A program made the translations under genes and the position numbers. Positions 1-9,093 of a stretch of 64,000 bases of DNA are shown one piece after another. How positions within the stretch are numbered: position 1 is the stretch's first letter; each line of letters starts with the position of its first letter. Where the stretch lies: positions 896,001-960,000 of the forward strand of contig OZ244621.1 of assembly GCA_965218425.1 (NCBI GenBank). Direction: 5' to 3'. This DNA comes from an uncultured Candidatus Binatia bacterium (lineage in GTDB: Bacteria > Desulfobacterota > Binatia > UBA9968 > CAXXLF01). The notes under the pieces were generated by a model. That model did no database searches. It was given only the letters and a program-made list of their open reading frames with translations, and was not told where the DNA came from.

Positions 1-914
1 GCATTGGCCGAAGAGAGTTCCGCTAGATCGAATTCGTCGAGGCCTCCGCTACCCACAATTATTACATCACCCAGACCCGCCTCATCGAACATGCGCCTCA
101 CCTCTCGTGCCAGATAGAGCAAGTCCCCGCTATCAATGCGCACACCTCTCAAGCGTTGCCCTTTGGCTGCCATCTCGTGAGCAACAGCTATCGCCCGGCG
201 GGCGCCCGCAAGGGTGTCATAGGTATCGATGAGCAACGTCGAGTTGGCAGGGAAGCTCGCAACGAAACTCCGAAACGCATCGATCTCGTGCTCGAAACTG
301 GAAACAAACGAATGAGCCATGGTTCCGACGATAGGGATGCCGTAGCGTTTACCCGCCAGTGTGTTGCTAGTGGAATTGCATCCACCAATGTAGCTTGCCC
401 GTGCCGCCTTCATCCCCGCATCGATCCCCTGGGCGCGCCTGAGAGCAAAATCCACCACGGCCCTCCCTTGAGCCGCATGCACACACCGTGCAGCCTTACT
501 GGCAATCAAGGCCTGCAGATTAACCTGATTGATGATAAACGATTCTACCAGCTGAGCCTCAATGACGGGTGCAGTGACCTCGAGGACGGGTTCGTCCTTG
601 AAGAAAAGCCGGCCCTCCGGAACAGCCCAGACTTCGCCGGTAAATCGCAAGTCTTTCAAAAAATCCAGAAATTCGTCGGCAAAAATTTCCGTGGAGTGAA
701 GATAATCAATATCCTCTGGTTGAAAGGCAAATTCCTCCAGGAAGTTTAAGACGTCTTCCAATCCCGCCGAGACGAAATAACCACGGCCCGGCGGATAGGC
801 ACGGACGAACAGGCTGAAACTTGCAGGCGCAACTTTCCTACTCTGAAAATAGCCCTGGGCCATGGTAAGCTGGTAAAGATCCATGAGCAGGGCAAGCTGT
901 TTAAATTGATCCAA
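1..914 (-). CDS. pncB: Nicotinate phosphoribosyltransferase (3' end runs off the window)
   Basis: Not in the ORF track. The minus strand from TTG at 914 reads LDQFKQLALLMDLYQLTMAQGYF...SFSLFVR...VSAGLEDVL and, near the window start, GVRIDSGDL...GSGGLDE, which are NAPRTase motifs. GGAGG/AGGA lies upstream. Confidence 0.9.
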   Translation of the reverse strand, partial: MDQFKQLALLMDLYQLTMAQGYFQSRKVAPASFSLFVRAYPPGRGYFVSAGLEDVLNFLEEFAFQPEDIDYLHSTEIFADEFLDFLKDLRFTGEVWAVPEGRLFFKDEPVLEVTAPVIEAQLVESFIINQVNLQALIASKAARCVHAAQGRAVVDFALRRAQGIDAGMKAARASYIGGCNSTSNTLAGKRYGIPIVGTMAHSFVSSFEHEIDAFRSFVASFPANSTLLIDTYDTLAGARRAIAVAHEMAAKGQRLRGVRIDSGDLLYLAREVRRMFDEAGLGDVIIVGSGGLDEFDLAELSSAN

Positions 915-945
915 TGAAGATGTCCTCGCCTCCAAAATCCCGCCA

Positions 946-974
946 AGTGTAGTGTATCAACGACACTAAGTAAA
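946..974 (-). promoter_or_regulatory. Putative pncB sigma70 promoter with an NrtR-like operator (TAGTGT-N7-ACACTA, 950-968)
   Basis: Perfect 6-bp inverted repeat with a GT-N7-AC core. It fills the spacer of a minus-strand TTTACT-N17-TACACT. Confidence 0.65.
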
Positions 975-1065
975 GTTACGGATTGGGGATGTTGATTTCC
1001 AATGGCTCTTCTGGTATCCAACTCATAACGTAATTTGAAACCATGGGCCTGAAGAGGAGGTTTTT

Positions 1066-1782
1066 ATGTTTACGGATAAGGTGGATCTTAAAGACGTTGA
1101 AAAATTAGACCCAGAATACCAGGAACTCTTGGGACGGGTCATGACCATTCAATGTGACTGTGAGGTCGGGGGTCCCCACCTATATATAGAGGACATTCTG
1201 CCTACCGCTCCCACCAAGATTGACCAACTGATTGTGGCCCGGACCGCCGCTGAGGAACTGGACCACTATCGCAAGATGGCCCGCATCGCCGGGGATATCG
1301 GAGTGGACACATCTCACGTCCTCAGCTGGCCGAATCAAAAACGGTATGTAGAGGCATTTCGCGGCAAAATCACTACCTGGGAAGACTTCGCTGTTTTCGG
1401 TCTTCTCATTGATCGAGTCGGCCGCTACCAGCTGGAGGAATTTCAGGGCGGAAGCTATCTCCCGCTTGATCGCCTCCTGCCTGATATCTTGAAGGAGGAG
1501 GAGGGGCACCTCGATTTTGGTACCAATAAGACAGCCGAGCTTGCAGCCAAGGGTGGAGAGTCCAAAGAGAGAGTCCAAAAGGCCATCAACTATTGGTATA
1601 TCAAGGGACTCGACATGTTTGGCAAGTCCGAATCACCCAGATCCGAGCGCTACCGCTATTGGGGTCTGAAGCGACGCTCCAATGCCGAGGCCAGAGAACA
1701 GTATAGACAAGAAGTTAATGGTCTTATCGAGCAGATAGGTCTTCAGGTACCAGAATTACAAGAGAAACGGCTCTTCACCTAG
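1066..1782 (+). CDS. Ferritin-like diiron oxygenase, PaaA/BoxB (aryl-CoA epoxidase) family
   Basis: Diiron ligand pattern E...EELDH...D...EEEGH; PaaA-like LDMFG and WGLKRRSN segments; GGAGG RBS. Confidence 0.8.
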   Translation: MFTDKVDLKDVEKLDPEYQELLGRVMTIQCDCEVGGPHLYIEDILPTAPTKIDQLIVARTAAEELDHYRKMARIAGDIGVDTSHVLSWPNQKRYVEAFRGKITTWEDFAVFGLLIDRVGRYQLEEFQGGSYLPLDRLLPDILKEEEGHLDFGTNKTAELAAKGGESKERVQKAINYWYIKGLDMFGKSESPRSERYRYWGLKRRSNAEAREQYRQEVNGLIEQIGLQVPELQEKRLFT

Positions 1783-1804
1783 AGAACGGAAGGAAGTAAA
1801 TAAG

Positions 1805-1993
1805 ATGGAGAAGGCACCCAATATCGATGCGCTTGACGAGCATCTAAAAGAAGTAATTCAGGCGATCCATGGAGCGGTCAATTGGGCCATGCCCCACCTC
1901 AACGATTCAAAGGTGACGGACAAGGCGATCCAGGATTGTAAGGAGATATTAGACGTCATGATGGAGGGGAAGGTTTCCGAGTGGCTGGAGTAG
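1805..1993 (+). CDS. Small acidic, probably helical hypothetical protein (62 aa)
   Basis: ATG with a GGAAGGAAG RBS, 22 nt after the diiron gene; protein-like composition. Confidence 0.65.
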   Translation: MEKAPNIDALDEHLKEVIQAIHGAVNWAMPHLNDSKVTDKAIQDCKEILDVMMEGKVSEWLE

Positions 1994-2109
1994 GCAAGCC
2001 CAGCCGCCCATGGACCTAGCCACAAATTGATTAGTCGCCTAACCCATTATTAAGTGGGTGTGGGATTAGTGTTAATTCACATCCCATTAAATCATCGAGG
2101 ATCAAACCA

Positions 2110-2889
2110 GTGGACGTCGTTGTTTGCGCTAAGGTCATACCCGCCAGTTCTGTAACCATCGAAATTGACCCCGCCACAAAATGCATGATTCGAAAGGGCG
2201 TAACCCATGAGCTGGACCCTGCAGCCGCCAGCGCCCTTGAGGAGGGACTCCGTCTCACTGAAAAACATGGCGGCACGGTCACGGTAGTCACCATGGGAAC
2301 CACGGATGCGACCATTGGTATCCGGACCGCTCTTGCCATGGGAGCGACAGCAGCGGTTCATATTTTAGATGATGCCGTGGCCGGTTCTGATACCCTCGGT
2401 ACCGCCAAGGTGCTGGCAGCGGCCATTAAAAAACAACCCTTCGATTTGATCCTCTGCGCTACGGAAAGCAGTGACAGTTATTCCGGCATCGTACCGGTCC
2501 AAGTGGCTTACCTGTTAGGAGTCACCCCCCTCACTTTTGCCAAAGAGATTACCCTCAACGAAGGTAAAGCAACCATCAAAAGACAGAGTGAAACCGGTTA
2601 CGAGGTGGTGGAAGCAGCTTGCCCTGTGCTCATTACCACCACCAGCGGCATCAACGAGCCCCGTTACCCGCAATTGAAAGGCATCATGGCCGCCAAGAAA
2701 AAAGAGATAAAGAAATTCACCGCCGCCGATTTGGGACTAGGGGCAGATCAAGTGGGTAGCTCGGGAGCCAGGGAAAAGGTATTGAGCGTCGGGAGACCTC
2801 CCGCCCGCCAGGCGGGCAAGGTCATCACGGACGAAGGGGAAGGCGGGAAGCAGATCGTTGACTTTCTCGCCGAGTTGAAGGTAATCTAG
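2110..2889 (+). CDS. etfB: Electron transfer flavoprotein beta subunit (FixA/EtfB)
   Basis: VVVCAKVIP, ALAMGA, GSDTLGTAKVLAAAI, INEPRYP and GIMAAKKK motifs. Confidence 0.95.
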   Translation: MDVVVCAKVIPASSVTIEIDPATKCMIRKGVTHELDPAAASALEEGLRLTEKHGGTVTVVTMGTTDATIGIRTALAMGATAAVHILDDAVAGSDTLGTAKVLAAAIKKQPFDLILCATESSDSYSGIVPVQVAYLLGVTPLTFAKEITLNEGKATIKRQSETGYEVVEAACPVLITTTSGINEPRYPQLKGIMAAKKKEIKKFTAADLGLGADQVGSSGAREKVLSVGRPPARQAGKVITDEGEGGKQIVDFLAELKVI

Positions 2890-3858
2890 ATGGCCGATCT
2901 CATTTGGGTCTACGCCGAAGTGGTGGAAAATGAGATCACGCACACCACCTTGGAAATGCTCGCAAAGGCATCTGAGCTTGGCACGGCAGAGGCAATCCTG
3001 CTGGGTCCTGCTCCCGACAGCGCTGTTGCAACCCTCGGGAATCACGGTGCCAGCAAAGTTTACCGATCCCCCGATGCTGTCTATCGAGATTACTTGACTC
3101 TACCCGCCGCAGAGACCATTGCCGGTTTAATCCGTAAACATCAGCCCGCTGTGATGCTCTTTGCTTCGAGTTACTATGGCAGGGACGTAGCCGCTGCCCT
3201 GAGCGCAACCCTGGACTGCGGCGCCATCGCTGATGTTTCCGACTTTGTGTTAAAAGATGGCTCCGTTGAAGCCACCATCCCCGCCCTCGGAGGCAGTTAC
3301 CAAAGCACCTCCACCCTGGTGAGCCCCGGCACTAAATTGCTCCTGGTGCGCCCAAAATCCTTTGAGCCCAAGCCAGGTAGCAACACTGCCACAGTAGAAG
3401 AGGTGGAAGCGGCCTCCGATACAGCGAATCAGAAGGCCCATGTGACCGATCGGGTGACAGTCAAGCAAGAGGGTCCTCAACTGGAGGGGGCGAAATTTGT
3501 CGTCTCGGGAGGCCGGGGACTAAAAGGTGCCGAACATTTTGAGATGCTACGCGGTTTAGCGGACCTGCTTGGCGGAGCCGTGGGGGCGTCCCGGGCCGCA
3601 GTGGACGCCGGCTGGGTTCCCTATTCCACACAGGTGGGTCAAACCGGTAAGACGGTGAAACCCGAAGTTTACTTCGCCTGCGGGATTTCAGGTGCCATCC
3701 AACACCTGGCTGGCATGAAGGAATCCAAAACTATTATTGCAATCAACAAGGATCCCGAAGCCCCCATCTTCCAGGTGTCCGACCTGGGAGTTGTAGGCGA
3801 TGTTTTTCAAGTCATTCCTCAACTCGTCGAGGAAATCAAAAAACGCAAGGCTTCCTAG
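2890..3858 (+). CDS. etfA: Electron transfer flavoprotein alpha subunit (FixB/EtfA)
   Basis: [38 protein letters not shown] and [11 protein letters not shown]; abuts etfB. Confidence 0.97.
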   Translation: MADLIWVYAEVVENEITHTTLEMLAKASELGTAEAILLGPAPDSAVATLGNHGASKVYRSPDAVYRDYLTLPAAETIAGLIRKHQPAVMLFASSYYGRDVAAALSATLDCGAIADVSDFVLKDGSVEATIPALGGSYQSTSTLVSPGTKLLLVRPKSFEPKPGSNTATVEEVEAASDTANQKAHVTDRVTVKQEGPQLEGAKFVVSGGRGLKGAEHFEMLRGLADLLGGAVGASRAAVDAGWVPYSTQVGQTGKTVKPEVYFACGISGAIQHLAGMKESKTIIAINKDPEAPIFQVSDLGVVGDVFQVIPQLVEEIKKRKAS

Positions 3859-4065
3859 GCCCTGCGGTGCCGACTCCCAGTTCCCAGAAGATCAGGACCT
3901 GTGCGGTCCGGGCATTCGTTAAACAACCCATGATTTCCCTTTTGCTTACCCGCCCCCATGGAGTTCAAACCGGGAACTCGTATTGGACTGGAAAAAAAAT
4001 CGTGGTAAGTAGCAAAGGACTCATTGTAGACCAGACAGCCTGGCCAATCCGAAGGAGGATAAGAA

Positions 4066-5199
4066 ATGCGCATTATCGACGTTGACGGTCATGTTCACGA
4101 GCCTGAGGAAATGTTTGCGCACTTGCCGGAGGAGTTTTACCCCAGAAGACCCATTCGCGTATTCTTGCCAAGAGATACCATTAGGGAAGATTTCAACGGC
4201 TGCTGGATTATCGATGGGAAAACCCATCCTCACATGGGAGGCCGCGGCCGTACTACTTTTCTGGTGCCAGGCGATGAACGGTCAAAGAGAAAGAACGTTA
4301 CTCTAGGATCGTTGACTTTAGGCGACATGGATGCACGGGTGGCGGACCTGGACCGGCTTGGAATCGATATTCAAGTAATCTTTCCCACCATGTTTCTGGT
4401 ATCCGTTGCGGAGGACGTGAAGCTTGAGGGGGCACTCTTCCAAGCCTACAACACCTATGTGGGTGAAGCCTGCGCCAAGTCCAACGGGCGGGTCAGATGG
4501 GTGGCGCTAGTGCCGTTCCGGGATCCGGATGTTGCATTGCCCGAGATTCGACGGGTCAAGGAGTTGGGGGCAGCGGGAATTTTCACCATGGGAATGGTGT
4601 GGGACCGAACTTTGGCGGACCCCGCTTTTTTCCCCGTCTACCAGCAAGCCGCAGAGTCGGAATTACCCATTTGCGTTCACCTGGGATGGGCGTCGCCTCA
4701 AGTAACGAACCTTTTTTCTGACGCCCAGTCTTTTTTTGCTTCCGCAACCATACCCGTGATTTGGGGGTTCACTTTCGTAATGGGGTACGGTCTCGTGAAT
4801 CGCTTTGCCGGGCTCCGGTTCGGATTTTTCGAGAGCGGGTCTGAGTGGGTCCCCTATTCCATCAAGCAGTTGCGTCGCCGCGCGAAACCCCTCACCCTCG
4901 CGCGCCCATTGGCAAATCGACCAAGTTTTGGAACCGGTTTTGATCAGCAGTACTACCAGGATCCGGAGGAGCTTTTTCGATCCGGGAAGGTCTTTGTGAA
5001 CTGCGAGGGAGACGAAAACTTCAACTACCTCACTGAAAGCATAGGCGAGGATTCATTGATGTGCTCTTCGGATTTCCCCCACGCTGACCCCTCAGCGGAG
5101 GAGAACTTTGTGGATCACTGGCGCAACCGGACCGACATCCCCGACAGGATAAAAAACAAGCTCCTGGGGGAAAATGCTTCGCGCTTTTTTAGGTTTTAA
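4066..5199 (+). CDS. Amidohydrolase-2 family metalloenzyme (decarboxylase/hydratase-like)
   Basis: DVDGHVHE, ICVH, ESGSEW and SSDFPHAD motifs; AGGAGG RBS. Confidence 0.9.
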   Translation: MRIIDVDGHVHEPEEMFAHLPEEFYPRRPIRVFLPRDTIREDFNGCWIIDGKTHPHMGGRGRTTFLVPGDERSKRKNVTLGSLTLGDMDARVADLDRLGIDIQVIFPTMFLVSVAEDVKLEGALFQAYNTYVGEACAKSNGRVRWVALVPFRDPDVALPEIRRVKELGAAGIFTMGMVWDRTLADPAFFPVYQQAAESELPICVHLGWASPQVTNLFSDAQSFFASATIPVIWGFTFVMGYGLVNRFAGLRFGFFESGSEWVPYSIKQLRRRAKPLTLARPLANRPSFGTGFDQQYYQDPEELFRSGKVFVNCEGDENFNYLTESIGEDSLMCSSDFPHADPSAEENFVDHWRNRTDIPDRIKNKLLGENASRFFRF

Positions 5200-5214
5200 C
5201 CCAACCGCATGTAG

Positions 5215-5239
5215 AATGGGAGGTCTTTGACCTCCCATT
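5215..5239. terminator. Hairpin between convergent genes, probable terminator
   Basis: AATGGGAGGTC-TTT-GACCTCCCATT, a perfect 11-bp stem. Confidence 0.6.
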
Positions 5240-5254
5240 TCAGTCCAGGAAAAG

Positions 5255-6352
5255 CTAACGGCCAAATACTTTTCTGAGAATCGGATTAAGTTTCTTCTTT
5301 TTTGCCAAGGCCTCTTCCGTATAGGTCTTGATGGAGTCTTCCCTGGGAATCCGCCATTCCCGAACATGATCCGTCGACACATCCTTGCGTGCACTGACGT
5401 AGCTCATTTCTTGAACGTAAGCCGTCTGGGCCTCCTTGGAAAGGAGCCAGTTGATGAATACTTTGGCGGCATTGGGATGAGGCGCCTTGTCAATCAGCGC
5501 CACAGCGCCGTTTGCAGGGTTTCTATCGGAACCCTCTTTCACAGTACGCGGGTCCACAAGACCGATGGGCACCCCCTGGCGTATTTTATACTCGGCGGTG
5601 GCATCAGAGCTGCCAATTAGAATTGGGTAGCGACCGCGAGCCAATCCATTGAGCTCTTGCTGATAGTCCCGCAGAATTAGGAGATTTTGCTTGGCCAAAG
5701 ACCGGATGTAGTCGACTCCCAGGTCCGGGTGTAAATAGAAAAAGAGAAAGGTGCCGTTTCCCGGGCCGGGTTTGCGTGGGTCGTCCAACGCGATTTTCCC
5801 TTTCCACTTGGGGTCGAGAAGGTCCTTGTGGGAGGTCAGCTCTCCCGGCTTCACCATCTTTGGGTTGATGAAAAGGGTAGCTCGCTGGTAGGGGCTGAAG
5901 ACTAACTGCAATTTTGCAGCCCGATCCGCAAACTCCTGGCTTCCACCACGCCAATTCTTGGGGTCTTTTACCGTCGGGAGAATGAACGTTTCCCTCAAAT
6001 TTGCAAGCGCCCCTCCAGGGGCCAAGGAAGTTAAGCCCGTGGTTGTGCCACCCACATACACGTCCCAAAGGTAGCGTTGAGCCCGTCGCTCGGTCAGGAC
6101 ACGCGGAGAAATGGTACGGCCAGATCCCCCGATATATCGTACCTTAATCCCGTATTTCTTTTGGAACGGCCCCACAAGGACGTCTCGGGCCTGAACCTGT
6201 CTTGGACCCAGCACCGACACAACCCCTTCTTTCTTGGCTGCGGCCAGAGTCTTCTCCCATTCTTCCTGCCAGTCCAGTTGAGACATTGCCTCCGGGACTA
6301 GCCACATCAGCAATGCAATAAACGAACCTGCCGAAATAATCCCTTTCATCAT
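5255..6352 (-). CDS. ABC-type extracellular solute-binding protein (AfuA/FbpA/thiamine-like), with no permease nearby
   Basis: Signal-peptide-like N-terminus; AAAKKEG, DLLDPKWKGKI and APHPNAAKVFINWLLS motifs. Start moved to the ATG at 6352 with GGAGG RBS. Confidence 0.85.
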   Translation of the reverse strand: MMKGIISAGSFIALLMWLVPEAMSQLDWQEEWEKTLAAAKKEGVVSVLGPRQVQARDVLVGPFQKKYGIKVRYIGGSGRTISPRVLTERRAQRYLWDVYVGGTTTGLTSLAPGGALANLRETFILPTVKDPKNWRGGSQEFADRAAKLQLVFSPYQRATLFINPKMVKPGELTSHKDLLDPKWKGKIALDDPRKPGPGNGTFLFFYLHPDLGVDYIRSLAKQNLLILRDYQQELNGLARGRYPILIGSSDATAEYKIRQGVPIGLVDPRTVKEGSDRNPANGAVALIDKAPHPNAAKVFINWLLSKEAQTAYVQEMSYVSARKDVSTDHVREWRIPREDSIKTYTEEALAKKKKLNPILRKVFGR

Positions 6353-6673
6353 TTGAACCTCCCTGAATGGCGTGTTGCCAATTAAACTTTCGGAAGTCGA
6401 GATAGCATTATAAAGCACAGGTGTTACGGAAGGTCAACCGGATCAGGAGCCGGTGATACTACTTTAGCGTCACAAAAAACTTCAACTCAGGAAACTGTTT
6501 GATAAATCACCCCTTGACGTGCGTCGAGTCGAACTTATCTTTTCAAAATAATTACGGAAAGGAGGCGGCAACCCGGCCGCGCAAGATTACAGTCAAGAGC
6601 GGATAAACGCCACGCAGAAATCTCTTGCTTCACCCTGTTCCCAAATTGATCGCATCGGAGACCAGCGGTTCTG

Positions 6674-7270
6674 CTGACTAAGAATCACTAAATAATCCTT
6701 GGGGTCTCTCAGATCGAAAGTCCTGCTGGCATTCAAGACGCCTTTCGAGAACTAGCCAAGAAATACCGTCCCATGTGGTAGGGCCTGAGGGCACCCAGCG
6801 CTTTCAGGAGGTTTTAGAAGCATACAGGCATCCGATCCAGAATTGAAAGCCCCGTACGACTACACCCGGGAACCTGCTCAGCGGGGGTATGGGAGCAGAG
6901 CGGAACCACTCATTCCTGGTAAGGGCGAGAGACCTGAATCCTTGAATGAAAAGTGCGACAGTATCCGTCTTAAGAGGCTTTCAGACGGTCCGCCCATCCT
7001 TTGATCAGATCTTTGGCCGATTGTTTTGGAATTTTTCTGACATCGGAATTCCGAAAGGGGAGCGCATACAAGTCCTCAACTTGGAAATCATCCTATCCCC
7101 AGGTGAAGCTGCTGAAGGTGGCATCTTACCCCGGGCGTTCCCGTCTTGCGCCGCTTCCCCTAATGCGGGAGATCTGGGCGGGACCGGCTATTTCCCTACA
7201 CCTATTGCCGGGAACAAGGAATGATTGAAGAGGAACAGACGATCCAAATCCGTTCCTCGCAATGGTCCCG
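6674..7270 (+). pseudogene. Degraded DnaJ-class co-chaperone (J-domain plus Zn-finger remnant)
   Basis: Reads LTKNH*IILGVSQIESPAGIQDAFRELAKKYRP/VVGPEGTQRFQEVLEAY..SDPE..YD, then LNLEIILSPGEAAEGG and *CGRSGRDRLFPYTYCREQG. Contains a stop at 6689, a frameshift at the HPD position and further breaks. Confidence 0.8.
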
Positions 7271-7515
7271 GAACTCGGCTGTCTAGCATCCGTCTGGCGG
7301 CCTCGTGCCGGCGTTTCGCCCTTATGGCGGCAATGGCCTTCTTGAACTGACGCAGTCTCGGTAGTCCCAGGTTGAACACCATATTCAGCAAAACATTTTT
7401 GCGCACTCCGTTGAGACGGGCGAACCTGTGAGCCTACCCACCGTGTCACGATAAGGCTTGAGGCGAAGCCCTTCATGACGGATGAGGACTTCTTGGAGAC
7501 GACTCGGGCACCCAT
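7265..7515 (-). pseudogene. Phage-type lysozyme (GH24/T4-like) remnant with internal deletion
   Basis: SRLQEVLIRHEGLRLKPYRDTVGRLT is joined out of frame (~7426) to FARLNGVRKNVLLNMVFNLGLPRLRQFKKAIAAI...AARRMLDSR; GGAGG upstream. Confidence 0.8.
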
Positions 7516-7644
7516 ACCTCCATTGGTAACGAAACCTACAATTTCACGTCACCCACGACCAGACGCGCCACAGAATCCACGAAACATGAGGTTACACCTT
7601 TGGTGGATTCAAAGGACGAAAGGAAACGAAAAGGGGCTCGGCTG

Positions 7645-9093
7645 CTAGCGAACCCCCCTGATAACGAGCCGGTCGTCAGTGAAGCAGAGGAGCGACTTTT
7701 TCTCGTTGATCTCGGTTTCCAGTACCACCTCCCTTTGCCATAGCTGATGAAGGTACTGGAGAGTTCTCTCAGCGTATTCCAGGTGGAGATCTCTGCCATC
7801 ATGGTGGTGCTTGATATAGAGCGCCCGGTTGTTATGGTAATCTGCGTCTTCGATCCTAATGACGGGAATGGATCCCATGCCAACGTCACGAATCAGGGTG
7901 TCTTTGATGTCCCGCCAGTTTTCCTTATCGGCAACCCGGCTGACGACCTTCTTGTCACCCCGTGTCTGGTACTCGAAAAGGTTTAACTCTCGAATCAGGT
8001 CTTCAGTTAAATAACGGCGCAAAAAGGATGCATCCCTTTCCACCTCTCGAACCTCGAATAGCTTGTCCCGGCCCCCATTTTTCTTGCCGGCACCCTTCTT
8101 CTTTTTTTCCTCCGGGTCGGAATTGTCCCATCTTTTTTCAATGTCTTCCCACATCTTCATTCCCAAATGGTAGGGGTTGATTCCGCCCGGCGCCGGGTTC
8201 AGAACCTGGTTGTGACGAACCATAAACTCCAATTGGAAACCCTGGGGCAGATCTAATGCATCCAGAATACGTTTGTGCCAAAAGCTGGCCCATCCCTCGT
8301 TCATGATTTTTGTCTCGATCTGCGGGATGAAATACTGCGTCTCTTCATGGGCAATGGTGAGAAGATCCTTTTCCCACTCACCGAGAAATGGGTTGTGGTC
8401 TCGAATGAACAGGAGGATATCTTCTTGCGGGTATAGCGGGACTTTGGTCAAGTCCGGGGCCACATACTCCGTGCGACGGTGGATGGACTGAAACGGATCC
8501 ACCGTGGGCTTGGACTGGGCAATGCGTTGCTCTTCCTCCTCGGCCCGGGTCTGCTTTTTGATGGCCATGTTACGACGACATTGGAAAGACAATGCATGGG
8601 CTGCGTCGAGGACGCGTTCCACTTTTTCCATTCCAATGCTGGGATCCTCCACATATTCACGCACACGATCCGCATGGGCCTTGAAGATTTCGATGGTGAA
8701 CTCCGCACGGGTCCACTGAAAGGTAAAATTGTTTTTGAAAAAATCGTTGTGGCCGTACACATGGGCCATGGTGAGGATTTGCAGGAGGAGCGAGTTATCC
8801 CGCATCAAATAGGCGATGCAGGGGTTAGAGTTGATGACCATCTCATAGGGGAGTCCTGAAATCCCATAGTCATAAAGGGTCTTCAACTTTTCGAAGCTTT
8901 TACCGTGGGACCAATGGGGATAGTGCGAGGGCATGCCGGAGTATGCCATATACCCCAGCATTTGCTCGTGATCACAGAGTTCGAATTCCAGGGGATAGAA
9001 ATCCAAGCCGAACTTGTGAACCAAGGCTAGAATTTTCTCGTTCCAGGATTCTAATTCGGAAATTTCGTAAGAGGCCATTCGGAAGCTGGTCAC
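7645..9093 (-). CDS. spoVR: SpoVR/YcgB family protein
   Basis: YPHWSHGK, YEMVINSNPC, AHVYGHNDFFKNN, TKIMNEGWASFWH and NPYHLG motifs; GTGA overlap with the upstream stop. Confidence 0.95.
   Translation of the reverse strand: MTSFRMASYEISELESWNEKILALVHKFGLDFYPLEFELCDHEQMLGYMAYSGMPSHYPHWSHGKSFEKLKTLYDYGISGLPYEMVINSNPCIAYLMRDNSLLLQILTMAHVYGHNDFFKNNFTFQWTRAEFTIEIFKAHADRVREYVEDPSIGMEKVERVLDAAHALSFQCRRNMAIKKQTRAEEEEQRIAQSKPTVDPFQSIHRRTEYVAPDLTKVPLYPQEDILLFIRDHNPFLGEWEKDLLTIAHEETQYFIPQIETKIMNEGWASFWHKRILDALDLPQGFQLEFMVRHNQVLNPAPGGINPYHLGMKMWEDIEKRWDNSDPEEKKKKGAGKKNGGRDKLFEVREVERDASFLRRYLTEDLIRELNLFEYQTRGDKKVVSRVADKENWRDIKDTLIRDVGMGSIPVIRIEDADYHNNRALYIKHHHDGRDLHLEYAERTLQYLHQLWQREVVLETEINEKKSLLCFTDDRLVIRGVR

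Noticed and set aside
156..749. 197-aa plus-strand ORF
   Set aside because: Antisense shadow of pncB; no motifs of its own.
6407..6437. TTGACC-N19-TATAAT (MerR-type spacing) before the solute-binding protein gene
   Set aside because: Only one CueR-like half-site (ACCTTCC) and no dyad in the spacer; MerR-type control is unsupported.
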